Source of the DNA: Mucisphaera calidilacus | Lineage (GTDB): Bacteria > Planctomycetota > Phycisphaerae > Phycisphaerales > Phycisphaeraceae | Length of the DNA stretch: 32,000 nt | Reading direction: 5' to 3' | Assembly (NCBI RefSeq): GCF_007748075.1 | Contig: NZ_CP036280.1 | Location: forward strand, 3,450,001-3,482,000 | Translations under genes and position numbers: made by a program | Notes under the pieces: generated by a model | Seen by the model: the letters and a program-made list of their open reading frames with translations, nothing else | Told to the model about the DNA's origin: nothing | Databases searched by the model: none | Shown here: in pieces, positions 1 to 6,411 of the stretch | Position numbering within the stretch: position 1 is the first letter of the stretch | Layout of the letters: each line of letters begins with the position of its first letter

Positions 1-855
1 CTCCTTGAGGTTGTAGTGGGGGTCACGCAGACGCTGCTCCTCACGCGGGTGCGTGAAGAACGACAGCTCCAGCAGCACCGCCGGCACCTTCGTGTAACGC
101 ATCACGCCAAAGCCGCTCTCGTACATCAGCTGATCCGACAGCAAAGGCGACGTCAGACCCGCCTGATACGTCTGCATCGTCCGGAACGTGTTGAACGCGA
201 TGTGCCGCGCCACGTCCAGCTCAACCTCCGCCCAGTCCGACTCGCCGTGGTACCAGATCGACGTGAAGTTCGCCGTCGGCCGAGACGCGTTGTGATGAAT
301 CGAAATAAACAGGTCCGCACCCACGCCGCCGTCCGGCCGCTCAATGTTGTTCGCAAACTCCGCACGCCGCTTGAGCGTCCCCTTCACCGCATCGTTCGCC
401 ACCTCGGAGGTCTCGCCCTCACGCGTCAGATGAACCACGCAACCCGCCTGCTCCAGAAGCTCTCGCAGCAAAAACGCCACACGCAGGTTCATCTCCGCCT
501 CACGCACGCCCGTCGGGCCACGCTTGTAACCCGCCACGTCCGCCTTGCCGCCATGCCCCGGGTCCAGCACGATCACCATCCCCTCGAGGTACTTCTCAGC
601 AGGGTGCCTCGGGATCGGCAGGTAAACCCCGTCCGGGTCCCACGCGTCACGATCCTGCAGCCGCGCCATCGCCTCCTCCAGCGGCGCCGGCTCCCAACCC
701 TCCTCGCCGAACGCCGGCGGCTCCACCACCACCGGCTCAGGTTCCGGCTCCGGCATCGGCTTGGGCTGACACGCAAACAACGAGAACACCAGTCCAACGG
801 CAACAAGACCGAAAAAAGCGGCTCGCAGCGAACGGAAGGGGTAGTTTGTGGGCAT
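1..855 (-). CDS. N-acetylmuramoyl-L-alanine amidase (Amidase_3 / AmiC-like) lipoprotein; C-terminus runs off the window start
   Basis: Absent from the ORF track because no stop lies inside the window. My minus-strand translation from ATG (cat 853-855), in the frame ending exactly at nt 1, gives MPTNYPFRSLRAAFFGLVAVGLVFSLFAC (lipobox) ... MVIVLDPGHGGKADVAGYKRGPTGVREAEMNLRVAFLL ... DLFISIHHNASRP ... VPAVLLELSFFTHPREEQRL. The + ORF 16..918 is its Arg-rich antisense shadow. Confidence 0.85.
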   Translation of the reverse strand, partial: MPTNYPFRSLRAAFFGLVAVGLVFSLFACQPKPMPEPEPEPVVVEPPAFGEEGWEPAPLEEAMARLQDRDAWDPDGVYLPIPRHPAEKYLEGMVIVLDPGHGGKADVAGYKRGPTGVREAEMNLRVAFLLRELLEQAGCVVHLTREGETSEVANDAVKGTLKRRAEFANNIERPDGGVGADLFISIHHNASRPTANFTSIWYHGESDWAEVELDVARHIAFNTFRTMQTYQAGLTSPLLSDQLMYESGFGVMRYTKVPAVLLELSFFTHPREEQRLRDPHYNLKE

Positions 856-881
856 GGCTTGCCTCCGGGCGAAGTCTTACA

Positions 882-889
882 TAAGAATA
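882..889 (-). promoter_or_regulatory. Candidate -10-like element (minus strand reads CCTATTCTTAT) 26 nt upstream of the amidase ATG
   Basis: TAAGAATA on the + strand. The same 8-mer recurs at 3601-3608 and 8013-8020, each 26-41 nt upstream of a minus-strand start codon. Confidence 0.3.
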
Positions 890-940
890 GGTCTACACTG
901 TATCGCGTTGCATCCTAACCCGTCATCGTGGAGGTTGTTC

Positions 941-2323
941 ATGTCACGTCTTCTCATCCTCTGTCTGGTGCTGATCATGAGTCCACTTGTCCGAGCCGAG
1001 GCCCAGCCCGAAGTCCGCGGCACCTGGATGACCACCACCGCCAACGACGCCATCGCCGACCCCGCCAACACCGCCGAGAGCATGAAACGCCTCCGCGCCA
1101 TCGGCCTCAATACCGTCTACGTCGAGACCTGGAAGAACGGCTACACCCAGTTCCCCTCCCGGGTCCTGCTCGACACCGTCGGCGTCGACCGGCGGCCCGC
1201 CCTCGTCAAGGCCGACCCCAGCGACTCCGACGAGAGCGCCGCCTCCGCCGGCCGCGACCTGCTCCAGGAAACCCTCATCGAGGCCCACCGCAACGGACTC
1301 ATCTACGTCGCGTGGTTCGAGTACGGCTTCATGGCCTCTTATAAAGACACCGACAACCACCTCCGACGCCTCAAGCCCGAGTGGCTCACCAACACCGCCG
1401 AAGGTGAGCAGGTCTCCAGCCAGAACCCCTTCGTCTGGATGAACCCGCTCCACCCCGAGGTCCGCGACTTCCTCATGGGCATCATGCTCGAGGCCGTCGA
1501 CAAGTACGACCTCGACGGCGTCCAGCTCGACGACCGCATCGCCTGGCCCGTGACCATGGGCTACGACCCCTACACCATCGAGCAGTACAAGCTCGAGCAC
1601 GACGGCGCCGCGCCGCCCGCCGATCCGCGCGACCCGGACTGGGTCCGCTGGCGTGCCGAGAAGGTCGGCGACTTCGCCGAGCGCTTCTACCGCGAGCTCA
1701 AGCAGAAGCGGCCGCACCTGCTGGTTTCGATCAGCCCGGCGATCTATCCCTGGAGTCTGGAGAACTACGCGTGCGACTGGAAGACGTGGTCGCGGCGGGG
1801 TTGGATGGATGAGTACCTGCCGCAGATATACCGCTTCAATTACGAGACTTATGAGCGTGACTGGCCGGCTCAGATGGACGCGGCGGGCCCGGACCGGCTG
1901 ATGGACCTGATCGCGGGCATCCGCGTGGTGGGCGAGGGGCCGGACACGACGTGGCCGGAGATGGTGCAGAAGATGAACCTGCCCCGCACGACCGGCGCGG
2001 GCGGTCACTGCCATTGGTTCAGCCGGGGCGTGCTCGATGTCTATGAGCAGCAACTCACTGAATTTTATGATGTTGCGAACGAGGGGCACGCGCCGCACCC
2101 CAGGCTCGGCAGCCACTGGCGGCCGCTGCCGGTGGTGGCTGAGGCGGACGATCAGGACCTCAGGCTCTGGCGGGTGAACGTGACGACGCCCGGGAAGTAC
2201 CGCGTGATCATGCACGATGGCGAGGCGTGGTCGGTGGTGGAGAGCCGGTTCTTTTACGCGGGCGAGGCGGAGCTGGAGATCGAGAACGCGGCGCGTGTTG
2301 AGTTGCTGGTTGACCGCCGCTGA
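941..2323 (+). CDS. Secreted glycoside-hydrolase-like family 10 (GHL10/DUF187, YngK-like) protein
   Basis: ORF 848..2323, with the start moved to ATG 941 (GGAGG at 929-933), which gives the signal peptide MSRLLILCLVLIMSPLVRAEA. VRGTWMTT, NTVYVETW and GVQLDDRIAWP motifs are present. It aligns with the paralog at 6412..7971 (FAERFYRELKQKRPHLLVSISP vs FIQRFYTQLKEQSPKVRFGISP). Confidence 0.8.
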   Translation: MSRLLILCLVLIMSPLVRAEAQPEVRGTWMTTTANDAIADPANTAESMKRLRAIGLNTVYVETWKNGYTQFPSRVLLDTVGVDRRPALVKADPSDSDESAASAGRDLLQETLIEAHRNGLIYVAWFEYGFMASYKDTDNHLRRLKPEWLTNTAEGEQVSSQNPFVWMNPLHPEVRDFLMGIMLEAVDKYDLDGVQLDDRIAWPVTMGYDPYTIEQYKLEHDGAAPPADPRDPDWVRWRAEKVGDFAERFYRELKQKRPHLLVSISPAIYPWSLENYACDWKTWSRRGWMDEYLPQIYRFNYETYERDWPAQMDAAGPDRLMDLIAGIRVVGEGPDTTWPEMVQKMNLPRTTGAGGHCHWFSRGVLDVYEQQLTEFYDVANEGHAPHPRLGSHWRPLPVVAEADDQDLRLWRVNVTTPGKYRVIMHDGEAWSVVESRFFYAGEAELEIENAARVELLVDRR

Positions 2324-2350
2324 TCCGGCAGGGCGTGCGCACGACGTGAC

Positions 2351-2405
2351 AAAAACCCAATACTTTGCGCCGTTTTACGTCTAAAAAGCGTGTGCGCAAA
2401 GTATT
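2351..2405 (-). terminator. Long hairpin plus U-tract, candidate intrinsic terminator for the minus-strand URO-D-family gene
   Basis: Perfect 12-bp inverted repeat AATACTTTGCGC (2359-2370) / GCGCAAAGTATT (2394-2405). On the minus strand the stem is followed by GGGTTTTTG (A-run 2351-2355 on +). The 23-nt loop is unusually large. Confidence 0.45.
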
Positions 2406-2406
2406 T

Positions 2407-2428
2407 CGAGTCGTTTTCGACTCGTTTT
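2407..2428 (+). terminator. Rho-independent terminator for the + strand GHL10 gene
   Basis: CGAGTCG (2407-2413) TTTT CGACTCG (2418-2424) followed by TTTT (2425-2428). This is a perfect 7-bp stem with a 4-nt loop and a T-run, about 85 nt after the stop at 2323. Confidence 0.6.
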
Positions 2429-2452
2429 GGTCCGTTTTGGGTCGTTTTGGGT
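2411..2452. repeat. Helically phased tandem CGTTTT(G)G units (4 copies)
   Basis: CGTTTT starts at 2412, 2423, 2433 and 2443 (spacing 11/10/10 bp): tcgttttcgac tcgttttggtc cgttttgggt cgttttgggt. On minus-strand RNA these read as CCCAAAACG repeats. Confidence 0.7.
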
Positions 2453-2565
2453 CGAAATCGCGATTTTTTGTGCGCACCAATCGCGACCAAGGGTCGCCTT
2501 TGTGCGCGGCCGGGCTTACGTTTTGAACGGCCTTCGCGTTAATCTGGGGGATGCTGTTGCGGCGG

Positions 2566-3570
2566 TCAGGTCTGTTGTTGTTTGGCCTCGTCGATGAAGG
2601 CGAGCATGTTTTCGAGGGAGACGTCGCCTTCGACGGCGTGTGCGGGTGAGAAGATGTAGCCGCCGGCCCGGCCCATGTCGAGGAGTTTTCGCGACTCGGC
2701 GCGGACGTCATCGGGCGTGCCGTAGGGCAGGGTTTGTTGTGTGCTGAGTCCGCCCCAGAACGCGAGTCGGCCGTGGTACTGGTCGTGGAGTGCGTGGACG
2801 TCCATGGCCTCGGGCTGGAAGGGGTTGAAGCAGTTGAGGCCGATGCCGATGAGGTCGTCGAAGAGTTCGTCGACGTCACCACAGGAGTGGATGAACTGGT
2901 GGAGTCCGGCGTCTCGGGCGACGGCGTACATGCGTTTGAGGCGGGGGTAGAAGAATTCCTTCCAGATGGGGTATCCCATGATGAGTCCGCTTTGCTGTCC
3001 CCAGTCGTCGCCGAAGTAGACGGCGTCGATGTCGTAGGTGGTGGCTTTGCGGACCTGCTCGATGTTGTAGTCGGCGATGGCGTCGAGGAGCTGGTGGACG
3101 AAGTCGGGGTTCTCGATGAAGTCCATCATGAGGTTTTCCATGCCTCGGAGGGTCCATGCTCTTTCGTAGAGGGAGAACCCGATGCAGTAGAGCCTGTAGC
3201 AGTCGGGGTGGCTGTTGATTCTGGTTTCGATGTCCTCGAAGAACCTGGGGTCGTGCGGGTCGGGGAAGTCGTAGTTGTCGAGGGTGGGTTCGGGCAGGGG
3301 TTCTTTGCGGACGAATCCAATGTCTTTTTCGACTTTACGGTCCCAGACGACGCCGAAGGCGTCCTGATAGAGGTCGTTGTCGATCTGTGTGAAGAATCCG
3401 ACGTCGCTGCCGAGCTCGAGGATATGTCCGCCTGTGGCTTCGAGGAGGTCCTCGTTGCCGTAGTGCTTTTTGAGCTTGTCGGCGGACTCGACGGTGAAGC
3501 GGTAGGACCAGGGCGTGTAGGGGAGTTCCTGGTGCTGGAGTGCCTGTTTGACGATGTCGCGTTTGGTCAT
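2566..3570 (-). CDS. Uroporphyrinogen decarboxylase (URO-D) family protein (methyltransferase/decarboxylase-like)
   Basis: ORF 2566..3927 trimmed to ATG at 3568-3570 ([14 protein letters not shown]...). The 119 codons upstream are Pro/His-rich junk that crosses the repeat and G4 region. The body ([56 protein letters not shown]) resembles the URO-D/MtaA fold. Confidence 0.8.
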   Translation of the reverse strand: MTKRDIVKQALQHQELPYTPWSYRFTVESADKLKKHYGNEDLLEATGGHILELGSDVGFFTQIDNDLYQDAFGVVWDRKVEKDIGFVRKEPLPEPTLDNYDFPDPHDPRFFEDIETRINSHPDCYRLYCIGFSLYERAWTLRGMENLMMDFIENPDFVHQLLDAIADYNIEQVRKATTYDIDAVYFGDDWGQQSGLIMGYPIWKEFFYPRLKRMYAVARDAGLHQFIHSCGDVDELFDDLIGIGLNCFNPFQPEAMDVHALHDQYHGRLAFWGGLSTQQTLPYGTPDDVRAESRKLLDMGRAGGYIFSPAHAVEGDVSLENMLAFIDEAKQQQT

Positions 3571-3600
3571 GGTATGGGCTTCCGGGGGGTGTTTTCGCTG

Positions 3601-3608
3601 TAAGAATA
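3601..3608 (-). promoter_or_regulatory. Candidate -10-like element (minus strand reads GGTATTCTTAC) 30 nt upstream of the URO-D-family ATG
   Basis: TAAGAATA on the + strand, part of the recurrent motif (see 882-889 and 8013-8020). Confidence 0.3.
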
Positions 3609-3834
3609 CCAATTCATATCGATTTGTGTGGTGTTGGCGGCACGGATCCTGGGGAGCCGGTTCGAGGTCCTCGGGGTGGGGGGTGGTGGGGCACACATAG
3701 CAGACGATTCTCTGTCGAGAACCGGTCTGCAATGTGCCACCCCGGTGGTTCGGTATGGCTTGAGGTGGTTGAGGTACAGGATTCTGTGGGCAGCCCTTGC
3801 CTTCGGCTGCGGTCTGTCCACAGCCACCCGGAGT

Positions 3835-3859
3835 GGGGAGTGGGGAGTGGGGTGTGGGG
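3835..3859 (+). other. Canonical G-quadruplex motif GGGG-AGT-GGGG-AGT-GGGG-TGT-GGGG
   Basis: G4 runs at 3835-3838, 3842-3845, 3849-3852 and 3856-3859. The last run overlaps the first 2 nt of the left 46-bp direct repeat, and a G7 run follows at 3876-3882. Confidence 0.6.
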
Positions 3860-3903
3860 TGTGTCAGTTGTTGGCGGGGGGGTCGAGTTCGGAGGTGATT
3901 CGG
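3858..3903. repeat. Left copy of a perfect 46-bp direct repeat (orphan duplicate of the GNAT gene 3' end)
   Basis: GGTGTGTCAGTTGTTGGCGGGGGGGTCGAGTTCGGAGGTGATTCGG is identical 46/46 to 5846-5891. Identity breaks on both sides (3857 g vs 5845 t; 3904 a vs 5892 t). Confidence 0.95.
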
Positions 3904-3923
3904 AGCGGATGCGGCAAGGGCGC

Positions 3924-4979
3924 TCAATAGCGTCTAATAGCCGCCAGTAGAAGTTTGTCGCTAAACATAGCTTGTTTGCGTTGCGCGGCATCTGCACTGT
4001 AGGGCCAGTGGGCGATTCCCTCTCGGATGCTTTGCAAAGTGGGCTCGCATTTCTCTGCGTCGATCAGCCAACCAACGGTAGCCAGTGCTTCCATGCCAAG
4101 AGGTGACTGGAAACCGTCGATGAAAGCATCTGCAGCATCAATGGCTTCGACCCAGTGCTTCTTCTCGCCGCCCTGAAGGAAGGCTCTGAGCTTCTGGTCG
4201 TGTGAAGGAGCGAAGTGGATGGTGTCCAACGGGGTTGAGTCCGCAAGACGTTTCTCGCAGTGCAGGTAGCTGCCGTCGAGTTTGTCCAAGAGATGTCGGA
4301 GATTGTTGGAGTAGGGGCCGTATTTCTGAGCGGTGAAGTCGAGTTTCAGGGGATTCTTGAGCCCCATCTGATTGATCACACGGTTAAGCACCCAAGCCAG
4401 TTTCTGGATTTCGAGTATTGAGCAGTCGAGCCCAAGTATCTCGTAGCGACGGATCATCTCTGCGATCATCGCACGGGGTGGTGTCAGTTCTTCAAGACCT
4501 GTAGTTTTGCTGACATTACGGTAAGCTTGGCTGGGTTCATAGACCAGAATTCTGACGTTCTGGAGATCGCTTAGGTGTTGTTCGATGAGCGGTCGCACGT
4601 CGGCCCAATCGAGTTTGCCGTTGCCACTGCCAAGCGGTGGGATACCAATGGATTTGATGTTCAGGTCGAGGATGACTTGGCGCAGGTCGGCAAGCCCCTG
4701 ATCAATCCATTCGATTTTTGAGGGTGGACGCCAGTGTTTCTTAGTCGGGAAGTGAATCACCCACTTTGGGTTGTGTAGTTGTCCGGTTTGCGTGACGAAC
4801 ATCTTGCCCGTTAGAACCTCGTTGCGGTCGCAGGCCGTCTTGTAGGCGTTGAAGATGTCGGGGAATCTGTCCTTAAACATCAGGGCGATGCCCTTGCCCA
4901 TGACGCCGACGGTGTTGACGGTGTTGACAAGTGCCTCGGTGTCGGCTTCCAGCAGATTGCCTGAGGTGTAGTGAATCAT
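3924..4979 (-). CDS. darG: DarG antitoxin: DNA ADP-ribosyl glycohydrolase (N-terminal macrodomain plus DarG C-terminal domain)
   Basis: [43 protein letters not shown]...[21 protein letters not shown]...[13 protein letters not shown] is nearly collinear with the macrodomain of M. tuberculosis DarG (Rv0060) as I recall it. Its ATG lies 1 nt after the darT stop (TGAcATG). Confidence 0.95.
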   Translation of the reverse strand: MIHYTSGNLLEADTEALVNTVNTVGVMGKGIALMFKDRFPDIFNAYKTACDRNEVLTGKMFVTQTGQLHNPKWVIHFPTKKHWRPPSKIEWIDQGLADLRQVILDLNIKSIGIPPLGSGNGKLDWADVRPLIEQHLSDLQNVRILVYEPSQAYRNVSKTTGLEELTPPRAMIAEMIRRYEILGLDCSILEIQKLAWVLNRVINQMGLKNPLKLDFTAQKYGPYSNNLRHLLDKLDGSYLHCEKRLADSTPLDTIHFAPSHDQKLRAFLQGGEKKHWVEAIDAADAFIDGFQSPLGMEALATVGWLIDAEKCEPTLQSIREGIAHWPYSADAAQRKQAMFSDKLLLAAIRRY

Positions 4980-4980
4980 G

Positions 4981-5649
4981 TCAGAAGTACCATGATGGCA
5001 ATGTTTTAACGGCTAGATTCAAGCTGGCGTTTGCGGTGTCGTTTGCAATCTGTTCGGTGGTTGACTCATTGTAGCACGCAATACCGAGTAGGGCATCGAT
5101 GGGTACGTGGCGGTATGCGAGCGCTTCGGCCTGATAGCGGTTGAATTTCTCAGGGCGTTCTGGGTCTCGTCTGAAGTCTTTTGCCTGAAGCAGTGGCCAA
5201 TCGATCTTGTCGAGATCATCGACAGAGTTGTAGCAGGTGCTTTCCTGCATGTATGCGTGGCCGTCGTAGAAGACGAAGGGGATTTTGAGCTCGGCTAATC
5301 GGTGCACGGAAGAGGTGAGGATCACGATCTCGTGATTCGGACGCTGGATTACGCCATGGTATCCGGTTTTGATGTTGTACATCATGACTGAGTAAGGCGT
5401 GAAATAGAACGGTATGTAGTCTGCGAGCGTCCCCCTCGGTTCGGCTTCTACCGTGTGGCTTGACCGTTTGAGGATTAACTCCTGACTGCCGATGGGCACG
5501 AAGTTCAAATCTTGCTTTGGGCTATTCATGCAGTGCAGACCGTTATCCAGAAGCCATGGCACGTTATTGACGTGCGTAATGCGAAATATTCTCCCATCTT
5601 TTGCGTTCAGGCCTGCCATTTCAGTTCGGCACCATCTCGCTTCCAGCAT
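4981..5649 (-). CDS. darT: DarT toxin: ssDNA thymidine ADP-ribosyltransferase (DUF4433)
   Basis: RIFRITHVNNVPWLL, LADYIPFYFTPYSVMMYNI, IPFVFYDGHA, IDWPLLQAKDF, RYQAEALAY (catalytic QAE Glu motif) and the PSWYF C-terminus match the Thermus aquaticus DarT pattern (HITHIDNL, YVPFYF, FVFTDRH, KQAEFLV, KDWYY). An alternative start is ATG 5617-5619 (MAGLNAKDGR). Confidence 0.93.
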   Translation of the reverse strand: MLEARWCRTEMAGLNAKDGRIFRITHVNNVPWLLDNGLHCMNSPKQDLNFVPIGSQELILKRSSHTVEAEPRGTLADYIPFYFTPYSVMMYNIKTGYHGVIQRPNHEIVILTSSVHRLAELKIPFVFYDGHAYMQESTCYNSVDDLDKIDWPLLQAKDFRRDPERPEKFNRYQAEALAYRHVPIDALLGIACYNESTTEQIANDTANASLNLAVKTLPSWYF

Positions 5650-5783
5650 GTGGTTGTCCCCGGCGGTAAGGGTGTTTTGTAGCGGTCTGTGGCAGATACC
5701 GCAATGGAGCTTTGCGGGAAGGAGCTCTCGGCTGATGTCTGTGTGAAGTGTGCTGTGATCGGATGCGGTAGTCCTTCGACTCG

Positions 5784-5819
5784 GCTCAGGATCTTGCCCC
5801 TTCGGCCTTGCTCAGGATC
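5784..5819 (-). promoter_or_regulatory. Two 10-bp direct repeats GCTCAGGATC upstream of darT (candidate operator/promoter region)
   Basis: GCTCAGGATC occurs at 5784-5793 and 5810-5819 (26-bp period), 135-170 nt upstream of the darT ATG and inside the island. Confidence 0.25.
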
Positions 5820-5845
5820 AGGCTTGTCGCGAGGAGGCGGGCGGT

Positions 5846-5891
5846 GGTGTGTCAGTTGTTGGCGGGGGGGTCGAGTTCGGAGGTGATTCGG
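5846..5891. repeat. Right copy of the 46-bp direct repeat (functional 3' end of the GNAT gene)
   Basis: Identical to 3858-3903. It contains the last 13 codons ([15 protein letters not shown] end) and the stop codon (TCA 5852-5854 on +) of the GNAT CDS plus 6 nt downstream. Confidence 0.95.
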
Positions 5892-6349
5892 TTGGCGTAG
5901 ATGCCGGGTGAGGAGCCGGGGATTTCGGTGGCGTTGCAGGCGCGTGCGTAGAAGTCGGCGGGTCCGACGCCTCCGATGATGCCGTAGGCGTAGCCTTCGT
6001 GCCAGAGTGCCCAGAGTGCGGCGAGGAGGAGGGCTTTGCCGACGCCTTTGCCGCGGGCGGTGTCGGCGACGCCTGTGGGCCCGAAGTAGCCTTTGCGGGT
6101 GACGTCGTAGCAGGCGAAGCCGATGATCTGTTCGTTTTCGACGGCGATGAAGCAGCTGACGGGTGTGTTGGAGAAGGCGGCGTTGCACTCGTCGGCCCAG
6201 GCGGGCTGGAACTCGTCGTTGGCGAATCGGAGGAGGTGTCGTCGTTCGTGGGCGCTGATGCGTCGGATGACGATGCCCTGGTCTGCGAGGTTGCGGATCA
6301 GCTCGCGGTGATCGGGCAGTTCGTAGAGTTTGACGAGCATGTCGGGCAT
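5852..6349 (-). CDS. GNAT family N-acetyltransferase
   Basis: ORF 5852..7051 trimmed to ATG 6347-6349 (MPDMLVKLYELPD...). The acetyl-CoA-binding signature VADTARGKGVGKALLLAAL is present. The upstream part of the track ORF is an Arg-rich shadow of the GHL10 gene. Confidence 0.85.
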   Translation of the reverse strand: MPDMLVKLYELPDHRELIRNLADQGIVIRRISAHERRHLLRFANDEFQPAWADECNAAFSNTPVSCFIAVENEQIIGFACYDVTRKGYFGPTGVADTARGKGVGKALLLAALWALWHEGYAYGIIGGVGPADFYARACNATEIPGSSPGIYANRITSELDPPANN

Positions 6350-6381
6350 GGTGTGCGTCGGGGGGTTGGGGGTGTTGTTGG

Positions 6382-6403
6382 GCCCGAGGCCTGTGCCTCG
6401 GGC
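6382..6403 (-). other. Perfect 9-bp stem-loop between the GHL10 paralog stop and the GNAT start
   Basis: GCCCGAGGC (6382-6390) CTGT GCCTCGGGC (6395-6403). No U-tract follows on the minus strand, so it is more likely an mRNA processing, stability or attenuation hairpin than a full terminator. Confidence 0.4.
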
Positions 6404-6411
6404 TCGCGGGA

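Larger units (their letters stand above)
3858..5891. mobile_element. Putative integrated mini-island: DarT-DarG cargo between attL/attR-like 46-bp direct repeats, with no recombinase gene
   Basis: The direct repeats are 1,988 bp apart. The interior carries only darT, darG and about 200 bp of upstream DNA. Its GC is visibly lower and its G~C balance contrasts with the strongly G/T-skewed flanks. Confidence 0.6.

Noticed and set aside
16-918. 300-aa + strand ORF rich in Arg/His/Leu
   Set aside because: It is the antisense shadow of the clearly recognisable amidase on the minus strand, with biased composition and no recognisable domain.
2411-2452. Tandem 10-11-bp repeats considered as a CRISPR array or minisatellite
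   Set aside because: The units are far too short, have no spacers and no cas genes are nearby. They are better described as phased T-tracts.
2335-2507. GTGCGCA motifs resembling the XerC arm of E. coli dif (GGTGCGCATAA)
   Set aside because: No dif architecture is present, meaning 11-bp arms around a 6-bp spacer with a TTATGTTAAAT-like XerD arm. In addition, the nearby skew flip has origin-type rather than terminus-type polarity.
3659-3667. GGTTCGAGG resembling a tRNA T-loop, considered as a possible tRNA integration target next to the island
   Set aside because: The flanking bases do not form a T-stem (GAGCC vs GGTCC mismatches), and no acceptor or anticodon arms can be drawn. The actual duplicated target is the GNAT 3' end.
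3784-3823. DnaA-box-like sequences CTGTCCACA (3814-3822) and TGTGGGCAG (3785-3793)
   Set aside because: They are the two arms of one imperfect hairpin in a promoter region, not a cluster of oriented boxes. No canonical TTATCCACA was seen anywhere near the skew flip.
3571-3857. Possible cobalamin riboswitch in the leader of the URO-D/MtaA-like gene
   Set aside because: The minus-strand reading shows no B12-box-like core. The candidate -10 element only 30 nt from the ATG implies a short leader.
3571-3927. N-terminal extensions of track ORFs (3927 for URO-D; likewise 848, 8130, 12118, 15170, 26014, 27069, 30182)
   Set aside because: The extensions are compositionally aberrant (Pro/Arg/His-rich) and cross promoters or repeats. 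They precede internal ATGs that give canonical N-termini or signal peptides.
3904-5845. Searched the island interior and its ends for an integrase, transposase, or terminal inverted repeats
   Set aside because: None was found. All sizeable ORFs other than darT and darG are short shadows, and the island termini show no inverted repeat. The element is therefore called recombinase-less rather than an IS or transposon.
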